In this document: piece by piece, positions 20,107 through 29,927 of the stretch | Position numbering within the stretch: the stretch's first letter is position 1 | Layout: each line of letters begins with the position of its first letter | From: a virus | Length of the DNA: 64,000 nucleotides | Virus record (IMG/VR): IMGVR_UViG_3300040751_004835 | Location: 27,375-91,374 of that record | Reading direction: 5' to 3' (one strand) | The notes under the pieces: model-generated | Database searches by the model: none | What the model was told of the DNA's origin: nothing | The model's input: only the letters and a program-made list of their open reading frames with translations | Made by a program: the position numbers and the translations under genes

Positions 20107-21168
20107 ATGGATTTGGGTAGAATTAGGGAACTTTTAGATGACATTTTAAGAAAAGAGTTTGCTGGAAATGCTGGCAAACAAAAGATATATGAGGCTGGTA
20201 ATAGATTAAATATTTCTTGTCCATATTGCGGAGATAGCTCAAATCCTCGTAAGAAGAGGGGAAATTTCTACGTTGACACACTCACATATAAATGCTACAA
20301 TGGTGGTTGCGGGATTTATAAGGATGCTTTTTCGATGTTCAGGGATTTTCAGGTTGTATCAAAGCTTGACGGTGACGAAAAGAGGGATATCATTGACCTA
20401 ATTAAGAAGGGTAAGGAAAAGAGACAAACCACTTATGGCGACGTAGACATTTCTTTGTTTTTCGATACTGATTTCAAATCCGTAGTTATTCCAAGGGAGA
20501 GATTCATGCAAGAAATGGGACTCCAGGAGGTTAAGGGCTCTAAGATGGAAAACTATTTGATACGTAGAAACCAGCAATCCGATGACAAGTTTGCCTGGGA
20601 TCCTGAAACTGGTAAACTTTACCTTTTCAATCTATCCAAGGATAATGAGATACTTGGTTTACAATTTAGAAATATGGATTCCACATATGGTTCCAAATAT
20701 TACACATATAAACTAAGTGGAATATGGGAAAAGCTTCTTAAGACGGACGATCAAAATTTGATAGAAGAGGCAAAAAAGATAGATCCAGTATCATTTGTTT
20801 TTAATGTGGGGCGGATTTCTTTTGACCGAACCATCACAATCTTCGAGGGTCCAATGGATTCATGGCTCTGGAAAAATTCGGTTGCACTTTGCTCTATAGA
20901 AAACAAATTTCCGTTTGATGTTGAAAATGTACAATACTGGTATGATTGGGATAATGCGGGAAGGCAGAAACACTCTGAACTCTTATCTGCTGGTAAAAAA
21001 GTGTTTAATTGGAAGAAGTTTTTAACAGATCACGAACTTCCGATAAATAGGAAATGGGACTTAAATGACCTTGTAAATTTTCTTCGTGCGAAGAGAATAA
21101 AAATAAGGAGATTGGATAACTACTTTACTGAGGAAATACTTGATTTATCCGATTTCATATATGCTTGA
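20107..21168 (+). CDS. DNA primase, T4 gp61-like
   Basis: Zn finger CPYCGDS...CYNGGC; TOPRIM IFEGPMD and DWDNAG; KWDLND. Confidence 0.85.
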   Translation: MDLGRIRELLDDILRKEFAGNAGKQKIYEAGNRLNISCPYCGDSSNPRKKRGNFYVDTLTYKCYNGGCGIYKDAFSMFRDFQVVSKLDGDEKRDIIDLIKKGKEKRQTTYGDVDISLFFDTDFKSVVIPRERFMQEMGLQEVKGSKMENYLIRRNQQSDDKFAWDPETGKLYLFNLSKDNEILGLQFRNMDSTYGSKYYTYKLSGIWEKLLKTDDQNLIEEAKKIDPVSFVFNVGRISFDRTITIFEGPMDSWLWKNSVALCSIENKFPFDVENVQYWYDWDNAGRQKHSELLSAGKKVFNWKKFLTDHELPINRKWDLNDLVNFLRAKRIKIRRLDNYFTEEILDLSDFIYA

Positions 21169-21388
21169 GATGCCAACTATAGATCAAACCCAGGAATGGG
21201 AGGAGAGCTTAAATTCAGAAGAGGGGGACGTAAAATTTCCAGTATCTTTTCTTGATAGATTTAATGAAGAAGATATTAAGGTAGAGGCCTCCAATATTGA
21301 TATAGGAACACCAAGACTCAAGAAATCCTCAGTAAAGGAAATAAAGTTAGGCAAAAAGACTAAAAACAAAGGCAACGAATTATTCTAA
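21161..21388 (+). CDS. Hypothetical protein
   Basis: Fills primase-UvsY gap; ATG at 21161 overlaps primase end. Confidence 0.5.
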   Translation: MLEMPTIDQTQEWEESLNSEEGDVKFPVSFLDRFNEEDIKVEASNIDIGTPRLKKSSVKEIKLGKKTKNKGNELF

Positions 21389-21389
21389 T

Positions 21390-21836
21390 ATGTCAGAGCA
21401 ACAAAAAATTGATTATGGTAAGCTTTTTGAAACTGAAAGAGCTGAATGGAAAGAAAAAATCCAAGTAATATCACTGAGCTTAAAAAGCATTAGGACCGTT
21501 GCTGAAGCACAGGTAGAGTTGTTTTCTAATAGACAAATACTGTTAGAATATAGCTACAAACTAGCTCAGATTGTCAGCAAACTTGCTACAAAGGAAAGAA
21601 AGTTGAGGGCTTCAAAACTAAGAGATTATACTGTAAACAGTGATGTGAGATATGGATCAAACGAGACCAAATTACTTATAGAGGGAGATGTTGCAGACGT
21701 TGTGGAAAAAATACAGCTAGTTGAGGGACACCGCAAATTCATCGACCAAACAATTCAGACTGTTGATCATATGCTCTATGGTATAAAATCTAGGATTGCG
21801 CTTGAAGAATATTTGAGGGCGAGCACGATAAAATAA
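21390..21836 (+). CDS. uvsY: Recombination mediator UvsY-like
   Basis: Helical 148 aa, KLLIEGD..., TIQTVDHMLYGIKSRIALEEY; immediately upstream of UvsW as in T4-like phages. Confidence 0.55.
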   Translation: MSEQQKIDYGKLFETERAEWKEKIQVISLSLKSIRTVAEAQVELFSNRQILLEYSYKLAQIVSKLATKERKLRASKLRDYTVNSDVRYGSNETKLLIEGDVADVVEKIQLVEGHRKFIDQTIQTVDHMLYGIKSRIALEEYLRASTIK

Positions 21837-21845
21837 AATAGGTGG

Positions 21846-23369
21846 ATGATTAAGTTTAATGTATCCGAAGATCAACAATGGCTAATACTCGCTCAATCTA
21901 ATGATGAGATAGAAAAAAGGCAAATTGAGATCTCTCTAACCAAGAAAATACACAACTGGTATTTTCACCCATTGGTTAAGAAGAAGATCTGGGACGGTAA
22001 TATTTGCTTTATAGAAAAGAAAGGTGCCTTTTGGAAGGTTCCTATTGGTCTCTGGAGGGAGGTCCTAGAAATAGGAAAAGAGTTTAATATAGAAATTGAC
22101 ATTGAGGGTCTTGATAAGATAATACTCAGTGACTTAACTCTGGAGGAATTCCAGGAATGGGTGGATGGATTTTTTGGCGACAAAGAAATTACCCCGCGTG
22201 ATTATCAGGTTGAAGCTGCATGGAAAATTGTAAAATACAGGTATTCGGTATCTGAGATTGCTACATCTTCTGGTAAGACCCTTATATCTTTCATGATTTT
22301 TGCTTTTCTTAAGCAGAGGGGACTTATTAGAAAGTTCTTAATGATTGTACCAAACACTAACCTAGTCTTCCAAGGAAATGATGACTTTATAGACTATGGT
22401 ATTGGTGAACTGGGGGTAAGAATTCAACAAATCGGAGGGGGTAGTAAACTTAGAGATGGGTGTGACCTTATTATAGGTACTTTCCAATCATTGGTTAAGA
22501 AAGACGAAGATTTCTTTGAGGAGATTGATGCAGTTTTTGTTGACGAGGCTCATCACACCAACTCAATGTCTATTAAGAAGATTGTTGCTAAATGTATGCA
22601 CAGTAAGTGGAGATTTGGTTTAACTGGGACTCTTACTAAAAGGGGATCAGCTGACCATTTAACCATACAGCAATTCTTGGGTCCTGTTGTCGTTGAAATT
22701 TCCCCAGATTTCCTTTTCAAAAATAAACATGCAACACCAGTTCACATCAAGGTAGTACGGATGAATTGGCTGGATGATGAGATTAAGGGAAAGCTAGCAG
22801 ATTTAAAAGCTAATTCACAAAATCTTGAGGGCAATGAACTTTATAACCTTGAAAGGAAGCTTGTAATAGAAAGTGAGAAGAGGCTTAACTATGTCGTTGA
22901 ATTCATATCTAAAACATCTAAGAATTCCTTAGTGCTATTCCAATCCGTAAAAGACGAATACGGTAAGCAAATCTGGAATATGCTCAGAGAGATAACCAAC
23001 GATAAAGAGGTATTTTATGTTGATGGTGATACCGACGAATCCCTCAGGGAGGAATATAAGTCTAGGATGGCCAATGGAGAAAATAAAATCTTGGTTGCAA
23101 CCTATGGAACTTTCTCTACTGGTATCTCAATCAACAACCTTCACAACATTTTCTTAGTTGAATCTTATAAGAGCGAGGTCCTGATTAAGCAGAGCCTTGG
23201 TAGGGGGATGAGAAAAATGGATGGGAAGGATAAGGTTAATGTGATTGACTTTGTGGATGATTTTTCTTCCCCAAGATATAAGAATTACCTCCTCAAACAC
23301 AGCGAAGCAAGGATCGAGATCTACAAGAACGAAAAGTTCAAGTACAAGATCTTTAATGTTAATCTCTAA
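21846..23369 (+). CDS. uvsW: SF2 DNA helicase UvsW
   Basis: WDG.I, PRDYQ, ATSSGKT, DEAH, GLTGT, TYGTFSTGISI, QSLGRGMR. Confidence 0.9.
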   Translation: MIKFNVSEDQQWLILAQSNDEIEKRQIEISLTKKIHNWYFHPLVKKKIWDGNICFIEKKGAFWKVPIGLWREVLEIGKEFNIEIDIEGLDKIILSDLTLEEFQEWVDGFFGDKEITPRDYQVEAAWKIVKYRYSVSEIATSSGKTLISFMIFAFLKQRGLIRKFLMIVPNTNLVFQGNDDFIDYGIGELGVRIQQIGGGSKLRDGCDLIIGTFQSLVKKDEDFFEEIDAVFVDEAHHTNSMSIKKIVAKCMHSKWRFGLTGTLTKRGSADHLTIQQFLGPVVVEISPDFLFKNKHATPVHIKVVRMNWLDDEIKGKLADLKANSQNLEGNELYNLERKLVIESEKRLNYVVEFISKTSKNSLVLFQSVKDEYGKQIWNMLREITNDKEVFYVDGDTDESLREEYKSRMANGENKILVATYGTFSTGISINNLHNIFLVESYKSEVLIKQSLGRGMRKMDGKDKVNVIDFVDDFSSPRYKNYLLKHSEARIEIYKNEKFKYKIFNVNL

Positions 23370-23393
23370 TCATTTGTCCGATATATAGGATAA

Positions 23394-23894
23394 ATGAGGA
23401 AGATAATGGATAACATAAAAGATTTTCAAAGTTTTCTCAACGAGAATGTTGAAAGAAGAGAACCATATTCTGCTACTGAGTGGATTAAGCAGAAAAGGAG
23501 AAGCATAGAGGCAGAAACCGGCGCTGAGAAAATCTATCAAATGACTTATGATGAAGGCGGGGCTTTACAGAGACTTGTAAGAGGCGCTGTAGAGGGACTG
23601 CAAAAATTGGGTCAGGGAATTGCTGATCTATTTGATTCTGGTAAGGCAGCAAGCATGGATGTTGAGGATCTAAGTAAAAACAAAGACCAGGTGTTATCCA
23701 GATGGGGAGATTCAATTAAAGCCTCTGGAAAAAACAAAAGGGGTGAATATGAGACTTTCTATAGAGATGCTATCCGAAAGGGTAAGTCGACTTTTGGTAA
23801 AGACTTTGATATAAACAACCCACAAGGAAGAGATCAACAGCTTTACAAGGATTACGTCTTTTCTGCCACAGACTATTTTGATTTAGAAAAATGA
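23394..23894 (+). CDS. Hypothetical protein with capsid-targeting-like N-terminus
   Basis: NIKDFQSFLNE; GATATATA at 23380. Confidence 0.65.
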   Translation: MRKIMDNIKDFQSFLNENVERREPYSATEWIKQKRRSIEAETGAEKIYQMTYDEGGALQRLVRGAVEGLQKLGQGIADLFDSGKAASMDVEDLSKNKDQVLSRWGDSIKASGKNKRGEYETFYRDAIRKGKSTFGKDFDINNPQGRDQQLYKDYVFSATDYFDLEK

Positions 23895-24802
23895 GAAACG
23901 TGCTAAAATTTGGGGATTACGTTTCGTTATTTGAAGGCGGAGCGGCGATAAAAGAATCCAGAAGGATAAAGGAGAGTGAGGTTCCAAAAACTATGGAGTC
24001 TATCAAAGAAATCCTTTTCCCTTTGCTTGGTGGTGGTGAGGTAGACAAGGAATACCTTATCATTGGTAGCATCGGTAAGAAGAAAGATCAAAACGACACA
24101 TCTGGAGATATTGACCTCGGAATAGATAAAAAGTTTCTTTCGAAAAGATTAGGTGTTTCCGAGGATGATGTTCTTGGAGCTTTATATAAGAACCTTTCAG
24201 AGACACTACATAACAAACTTGGGTTTGTACCAGATATGAAATTAATGAGGGGAATCAACGTTCTTTCAATTGGCTGGCCTATAGAGGGTGATGCTGAAAA
24301 TGGTATAGTTCAATTGGATCTAATTCCAATTTCTGATATGGACTGGGCTAAGTTTATTTTCTATTCCCCAGATTACAGAAAGAACGAAAGTAAATACAAA
24401 TCAGCTCACAGAAACTGGCTTTTCCAAGCGATCCTTTCTTCTTTGAAGGAAGTGATATCTAAGGACGAGAATGACGAACTAGAAGATTTCTATTCTTATG
24501 CCCTAAGATTGAGCGACGGTATTTTCAAAAATAGAAAGTCCTTCAAAGGAGCTACAAAAAGACTCAAAAGTCCTAAAACAGTTAAAGGTGAAAGTACTTT
24601 GGTAACTAGGGATCCCGATGAGTTTGTTGAGATGATGTTTGGTAGCGGAATTAGAAAGGAAGATCTTAAATCTTTTGAGGATGCTTGGAAAATAGTTTCT
24701 TCACCAAACTTTGTCCATGCAGACAAGAAGGATGAGATCCGGGATGATCTAGAAAGGTACTTAATAAACGGAGGATTTGAAATCCCCACAGAGATCAAAT
24801 AA
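23891..24802 (+). CDS. Pol-beta-superfamily nucleotidyltransferase with capsid-targeting-like N-terminus
   Basis: IIGSIGKK...SGDIDL and VQLDL catalytic motifs; N-terminus MRNVLKFGDYVSLFE. Confidence 0.7.
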   Translation: MRNVLKFGDYVSLFEGGAAIKESRRIKESEVPKTMESIKEILFPLLGGGEVDKEYLIIGSIGKKKDQNDTSGDIDLGIDKKFLSKRLGVSEDDVLGALYKNLSETLHNKLGFVPDMKLMRGINVLSIGWPIEGDAENGIVQLDLIPISDMDWAKFIFYSPDYRKNESKYKSAHRNWLFQAILSSLKEVISKDENDELEDFYSYALRLSDGIFKNRKSFKGATKRLKSPKTVKGESTLVTRDPDEFVEMMFGSGIRKEDLKSFEDAWKIVSSPNFVHADKKDEIRDDLERYLINGGFEIPTEIK

Positions 24803-25254
24803 TGGAATTTACTCAAAGACATAATGATTTAATCTACGGAGCACTTGAGGTTTTTCTGGAAAAGGATTCTCCATCACTTGTAGCTAGGGAAGAAGATGGA
24901 CTTATTTCTTTTTCCACTGTACTTGGTTTAAGTGGTGTAATCGAAAAAGAAGAAGATGGCAGCGCTAATGTATTTCTTGAGGGACAAAAGTACTATGAGA
25001 TTGAGAAAGAAGTTTTTCATCTAATAGAGAATAGAAACGAAGCCCCCGAAGTTGAATCTTTATTGGAAGAGTTGGCTATAATACATCAGATGGAATTACA
25101 AGAAAGATCGAAAATTCTTATAGAAACGATCATAAGAGGTTTAGCAAAACTTATAGCGGACCAAAAAGTAACTGTTGGAGTTGATATTCAACTTGGGCCT
25201 GTACTTATCAAGAACACAGATGACATGGGGAACGTAAAAATTCTATTGAACTAA
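24802..25254 (+). CDS. Hypothetical protein
   Basis: 150 aa ORF, translationally coupled to the upstream gene. Confidence 0.55.
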   Translation: MEFTQRHNDLIYGALEVFLEKDSPSLVAREEDGLISFSTVLGLSGVIEKEEDGSANVFLEGQKYYEIEKEVFHLIENRNEAPEVESLLEELAIIHQMELQERSKILIETIIRGLAKLIADQKVTVGVDIQLGPVLIKNTDDMGNVKILLN

Positions 25255-25258
25255 GAGG

Positions 25259-27172
25259 ATGGCGGGAATAAATCACTTATACGACATTTATAATAAGAAG
25301 GGATCTGATTTTGTTAATCAGCTTTTTAATCGTTATGTAACAATTAACGAAAAGATGGACGGTTCAGCCTTCTCTTTTGAGAGGGATAAGGAATCTGGTA
25401 ATTTCCGTTTTTATAGGAGAGACCAAAGAAATCCTATAACTCTAGTAGATAGGACGCTCATGAAATATTATGAGAAGCCAATCCAGTATATCGAATCTCT
25501 TCCACCAAACATACTTGAAAAAATCCCCAGAGGATGGAGATTTGGACTTGAGTATTTTTCAAACACCAAACCCGTAGAGATTTCATATGATAGATTACCA
25601 AAGAATAATCTGATTCTCTCCTATATCCACAAAATGGGTACTGGCGGTAAGATAGAAAGTACTATACAGGATAAGGAAGAATTGGATAATTGGGCAGATC
25701 TGATTGGAGTTGAAAGACCGCCAATCGTTTTCCAGGGGGTGTTGGACGAAGATCAGAAATCTGAGCTTATGGAGTTTTTGAACACGCCGTTCAAAGATCT
25801 TGTTGAAAGGTTCAAAACACAATCTTTTGTTAGGTTTGTTATTAAGACCTTAAACCCGGATTTAACTAAAACTGCTCTTAACGACGACCTAGATAAGGAT
25901 GTCGAGGGTATAGTTTTTAGATTTGGAGAGCTCGATGGAGATAGTGATACTATATTAGCCAAAATGGTGGATCCTATATTCACTGAAATAGCTAAGCAAA
26001 AGTTTGCTGACAAAAAGAGTAAAAAGCCTTCGGATTTTCTTGGAATCACATTGCTTGATGTGATGAATTTCATTTTGGAAAAAGATCTTTCTGAATTTGA
26101 AGTTGAAGGTGAGTCTGAAGACGAGAGATACATTTCCTTTATGGGAGACGTATTTGTTAAATTCCTGGATGAATATGAGGAGAAGTATAAGGGTACTGAT
26201 TTTGAGGAACCTGATTACTTGAAACGGGATGAATTCAGACTGAATAAGGAAAAGATTAAAGACAGAAGAGTTCTTAAATATGTTGAGAAGGATGACTCAT
26301 TTGAGTCTTTATTTAAACTCATCCTTAATTCCTTTAGAAAGATAAAAACTAGAGCTGGAGGTATCATCACCTCTGGGATGAAAGATCAGATGAATCTTTT
26401 AATCAAGGATATCAAGGATTATATTAAAAAACCAGAGAAGAAAGTAAACGAATCAAGGTTTATTAGCTTTGGTGAATTCAGAAAGGAAAACTCTCCTTCG
26501 GTTGAATATCTACAGGAGGAAGACGATTCAGATTCAAGTGATGATCCATTCTTCTCATACCAAGAATTTATTAGCAAACTAGAAACCATTGATAACGAGG
26601 AGATCCCGGCTGAGGTAGAAATGCTCAAGGAGAAAGATACGGAGGAAAGAAAACCAGTTAATGTCATAATGGGTAGATTCCAGCCTTTCCACCAGGGACA
26701 TCTTAAGATGGCGAAGGATCTCATGGAGAAAAACGATCTCCCATCTTTTGTTGTTGTGGTTTATCCTGGACACAACAAGTCTGGAAAATCCCCATTTGAT
26801 GAGGAGGCAATCAAAAGATATATGGATGCAATAGTTGCTAATAACGAGGAGATTGAAGGATATGTCCTTGCTACAAGAGGTCTTCTTGGGTCTGCTATTG
26901 CAAGACTAATAGACATGGGATATGACCCTAAGTTAATTGGTGCAGGCCCCGATCGAATAGACGACTACACTAAGCAGATAGACTATGTTAAGATGTCTGA
27001 TATTAAGGACAAAATAAGTGATGACCTTGGTATTGTAGAAACACCAAGGGTAACGAGCGGTACTGAGGTTAGACAAGCTATGAAGGACCAAGACTTTTCT
27101 AAGTTCAAAAAGATGGTTCCAAAAGAGGTATCTAATCTTTACAACGACCTTATTACAAGCGTCAGGGACTGA
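25259..27172 (+). CDS. Fusion: ATP-dependent (RNA) ligase-like domain plus HxGH cytidylyl/adenylyltransferase domain
   Basis: Ligase motif I EKMDG, motif IV EGIVFR, motif V LAKM; C-terminal GRFQPFHQGH...SPF...GAGPDR...SGTEVR. Confidence 0.7.
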   Translation: MAGINHLYDIYNKKGSDFVNQLFNRYVTINEKMDGSAFSFERDKESGNFRFYRRDQRNPITLVDRTLMKYYEKPIQYIESLPPNILEKIPRGWRFGLEYFSNTKPVEISYDRLPKNNLILSYIHKMGTGGKIESTIQDKEELDNWADLIGVERPPIVFQGVLDEDQKSELMEFLNTPFKDLVERFKTQSFVRFVIKTLNPDLTKTALNDDLDKDVEGIVFRFGELDGDSDTILAKMVDPIFTEIAKQKFADKKSKKPSDFLGITLLDVMNFILEKDLSEFEVEGESEDERYISFMGDVFVKFLDEYEEKYKGTDFEEPDYLKRDEFRLNKEKIKDRRVLKYVEKDDSFESLFKLILNSFRKIKTRAGGIITSGMKDQMNLLIKDIKDYIKKPEKKVNESRFISFGEFRKENSPSVEYLQEEDDSDSSDDPFFSYQEFISKLETIDNEEIPAEVEMLKEKDTEERKPVNVIMGRFQPFHQGHLKMAKDLMEKNDLPSFVVVVYPGHNKSGKSPFDEEAIKRYMDAIVANNEEIEGYVLATRGLLGSAIARLIDMGYDPKLIGAGPDRIDDYTKQIDYVKMSDIKDKISDDLGIVETPRVTSGTEVRQAMKDQDFSKFKKMVPKEVSNLYNDLITSVRD

Positions 27173-27197
27173 TATATAAAAAAATATAAATAAACCA

Positions 27198-27737
27198 GTG
27201 GAAAAAAGAATACAGAATTTCTCAGACTTCCTAAAATCTAGCTCTGTCAACGAAGGAGATGGGTTTGGAACCTTCCCTTTTTTGCTAGTGAAGGATGGTG
27301 ATATTTATAACTACCTTTTTCAATTAGAACTTGAGAATGGATCCCAAAAAGGATTTATGCTGGTAGTTGGTAAATATTCACAGTATGAGACAATGGAGGG
27401 ACCTAAAAATTCCTATGCAATTCTCAATGTAAATGAGATTGCCCCTGAAATCATAGAGGACATTGCTATTAAGAAATCAGAGATTCCTGACCTGAACGAT
27501 GTTAAGTTCACTCTTAAAGATAACGATTTAAGCAGATTCTTGGAGCAGGTATCCAAAGCTTTACTAAATTATCTTGAGAAAAATCCAAAAGTAATTCGTA
27601 TATTTGACGAAATGCAGGATAATATGGATATTGAAAACTATGAAGAGATGGTAAAATCCGTTTTGCTTTCTTTCTTAGGGCCAGAATGGTCTATGCAAGA
27701 AGGATCCCACAAGGGAACGTTCATAATCAGTAGATAA
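27198..27737 (+). CDS. Hypothetical protein with capsid-targeting-like N-terminus (GTG start)
   Basis: MEKRIQNFSDFLKSSSVNE; GATATATA at 27171. Confidence 0.65.
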   Translation: MEKRIQNFSDFLKSSSVNEGDGFGTFPFLLVKDGDIYNYLFQLELENGSQKGFMLVVGKYSQYETMEGPKNSYAILNVNEIAPEIIEDIAIKKSEIPDLNDVKFTLKDNDLSRFLEQVSKALLNYLEKNPKVIRIFDEMQDNMDIENYEEMVKSVLLSFLGPEWSMQEGSHKGTFIISR

Positions 27738-27745
27738 CCTAAATC

Positions 27746-27773
27746 GAAACATTTACTTTTAACAATTATATAA
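27746..27773 (+). promoter_or_regulatory. G[AG]AA-N19-TA[TG]AA promoter-like element before hc1
   Basis: GAAA-19 nt-TATAA. Confidence 0.6.
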
Positions 27774-27794
27774 ATAAGGAAAATTTAAACAATT

Positions 27795-27971
27795 ATGGAA
27801 AATTTCGATCGAATCAAAGAAGTTATGGAAGCTGCAGAAGCTGACGTAGCAAAGTTTGTTGAAAAAGGCAATAAGGCAGCTGGAACAAGAGTTCGCCAAG
27901 CCATGCAAGAAGTTAAGAAGCTTGCTCAACAAGTAAGGTTGGATGTTCAAGAGGCAAAGAACAACGCTTAA
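27795..27971 (+). CDS. Histone H1-like Hc1-family protein (absent from ORF track)
   Basis: Hand translation MENFDRIKEVMEAAEADVAKFVEKGNKAAGTRVRQAMQEVKKLAQQVRLDVQEAKNNA; KGNKAAGTR.R is the Hc1 signature. Confidence 0.85.
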   Translation: MENFDRIKEVMEAAEADVAKFVEKGNKAAGTRVRQAMQEVKKLAQQVRLDVQEAKNNA

Positions 27972-27995
27972 GAAACCAAACTACAAACAGATATT

Positions 27996-28020
27996 AGGCA
28001 GCCCTTTCGGCTGCCTTTTC
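27996..28020 (+). terminator. Rho-independent terminator
   Basis: AGGCAGCC-CTTTC-GGCTGCCT followed by TTTC. Confidence 0.75.
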
Positions 28021-28081
28021 TGTGTAGATCAGAATGGAATAAAACCGTCCAATCGATATATAAGAAGTAAATTTTATACAC

Positions 28082-28288
28082 ATGGGATATTACGTAGCAA
28101 AAGTTAGCTTTGAATCAACTGAAACCAAAAGAAATGGTGATCCAGTAATTCACAGATCTGAATTTCTAGTTGCAGCTGAGTCTGTGATTGAAGTTGAAAC
28201 AAAAGTAGCAGAGTTCCTACAGGGAACCACTGGATTCTTTGAAACCACACAGATTTCAAAATCCAAAATTGAAGCAGTTATAGAATAA
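28082..28288 (+). CDS. DUF4494-like protein
   Basis: YYVAKV......G......SEFLVAAESVIEVE...F....ISKSKI..VI resembles Bacteroidota DUF4494 N-terminus. Confidence 0.6.
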   Translation: MGYYVAKVSFESTETKRNGDPVIHRSEFLVAAESVIEVETKVAEFLQGTTGFFETTQISKSKIEAVIE

Positions 28289-28824
28289 TGGCAAATACCG
28301 GCAGTTACATTCCCCCACAATCACCCATTGCTATCCAACCAGGAGACAAGGGATTTGAAATAGTTGGGAAGGGTTACAATAGATGGCTTTGGACATTCCC
28401 GGATTGGAAGAAGGGAAAGAAGAAGATCATTAATCCTGCAGCCAACTGGGAATTGAATGCCAAGCCAATGAGTCCTGCGGAAATTAAAAAAAAGATGAAG
28501 GGACTTTACTTGCAAGAGGATTCTGATGAAAGAATCGAAGGTGGTATTTCTTCTGGGAAGAATTTGAGGGATATTGCCATTATGCATACCTACGATGATT
28601 CTATGGACCACGTAGATCGTGATGCTATCGAAAAAATGCTATCACATCTGGAGAAACAACTTCAAATGGGAATTGAGGTAGAAATGGAGCACACTGACGA
28701 TAGAGACTTAGCTGCTGAAATAGCTAAAGATCACTTGGTTGAGGACCCAGATTACTACACAAAGCTTCAAAAAGTCGAGGAGGGGATGAGAATTATCATA
28801 CCATTCGAAAAATATAAGATTTAG
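28288..28824 (+). CDS. DUF5661-like protein
   Basis: QLQMGIEVEMEHTDD...AAEIAKDHLVEDPDYYTKL. Confidence 0.65.
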   Translation: MANTGSYIPPQSPIAIQPGDKGFEIVGKGYNRWLWTFPDWKKGKKKIINPAANWELNAKPMSPAEIKKKMKGLYLQEDSDERIEGGISSGKNLRDIAIMHTYDDSMDHVDRDAIEKMLSHLEKQLQMGIEVEMEHTDDRDLAAEIAKDHLVEDPDYYTKLQKVEEGMRIIIPFEKYKI

Positions 28825-28825
28825 C

Positions 28826-29263
28826 ATGCCATCAGTAAGTAAATCACAACAAGCAATTATGGGCCAAGCGTGGGCTCTAAGACAAAACGAGCTAAAGCTC
28901 AAGGACATCAATGCTAAATACAGAAAGGAGATTGAAAAGATTGCCTTTGGATATAAAGACAAAGATGGTAAGTTCATTGCACCTATGACTGACAAGGATC
29001 TCAAAAAGTTTGCAAAAACAAAATCTAAGGATTTACCAGAAAACGTTAAAGACGGGAAGCCTGTTAATGAAGGTGGATCCTCCCTTGGAGTTATCGATTC
29101 TAAAGATATGCCTTCTTTTACTCCTAAGATGAATTTTGGTGATGGAATCAAACCTATAATTCCCTATCTTAATCCAGATGCTAAGAAAGATAAAGCAGGC
29201 AAAAGGAACCTTGAGAATCTTAAGGATTATAGGGACTGGATAAAGGAAAGAAAGAAGGGATGA
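28826..29263 (+). CDS. DUF3008-like protein
   Basis: MPSVSKSQQ..MG.A...MTDKDLKKFAKTKSKDLPE. Confidence 0.55.
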   Translation: MPSVSKSQQAIMGQAWALRQNELKLKDINAKYRKEIEKIAFGYKDKDGKFIAPMTDKDLKKFAKTKSKDLPENVKDGKPVNEGGSSLGVIDSKDMPSFTPKMNFGDGIKPIIPYLNPDAKKDKAGKRNLENLKDYRDWIKERKKG

Positions 29264-29670
29264 TAAATCTTTTTGAATTTGATAAGTATGATCCTAAATC
29301 TGAGTATCTTGAGGATGAGAGGAGAAGCATAGATCTTGATAAGATAAGGAAGTCTGATGCATACAGAGATATCATAGATCTTGGTTTTTCTGACGAGACC
29401 TCTGAGCAACAAGAACTGAATAACACCCTCAAATTCAAAAGAAAAAAGCAACCCGAGGTAAAAGGGTATGACGAGGTATTTTATACCATACACCCGACGG
29501 GAGTGGTTCGTAGATACAATCCAATTAAATCGGATGAAACCCCAGAGGGTCAAGGAAACACTATTAGGACTTATCCATCCCCGTTCAGGAATGGCAAAGA
29601 ATATAAAAAGGCACTGAGGTACCTGTTTAATTATTTGCGGAGGAAGGAATTAAGAAAGGACTATAGATAA
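29260..29670 (+). CDS. Hypothetical protein
   Basis: 136 aa, ATGA overlap with the upstream gene. Confidence 0.55.
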   Translation: MINLFEFDKYDPKSEYLEDERRSIDLDKIRKSDAYRDIIDLGFSDETSEQQELNNTLKFKRKKQPEVKGYDEVFYTIHPTGVVRRYNPIKSDETPEGQGNTIRTYPSPFRNGKEYKKALRYLFNYLRRKELRKDYR

Positions 29671-29697
29671 ATATAGAAACAATTTAAAGAACATAAA

Positions 29698-29925
29698 ATG
29701 GGATGTGGATGTAATAAGGGATCAAGAACTACGACAACAACTCAAACTACCAAGCAGTATGATGATTTGTCAGGAAAGCTTATACTTGATACCAGCGGTA
29801 ACAAATTGCTTGTGATTTCTCCAATATATGATGCTTACAAAGATATTGTTGGGTATACAGCTAAAGACGAGCAAGGTAATTCTCTTAGAATATTTGCCAA
29901 GAATGTTCAAAAAATATTAGATTAA
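29698..29925 (+). CDS. Hypothetical protein (MGCGC N-terminus)
   Basis: 75 aa; GATAAATA at 29666. Confidence 0.55.
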   Translation: MGCGCNKGSRTTTTTQTTKQYDDLSGKLILDTSGNKLLVISPIYDAYKDIVGYTAKDEQGNSLRIFAKNVQKILD

Positions 29926-29927
29926 AA

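Noticed and set aside
27759-27950. Minus-strand 63-aa ORF
   Set aside because: Antisense to the Hc1 gene, which has a family signature, a promoter-like element and a terminator
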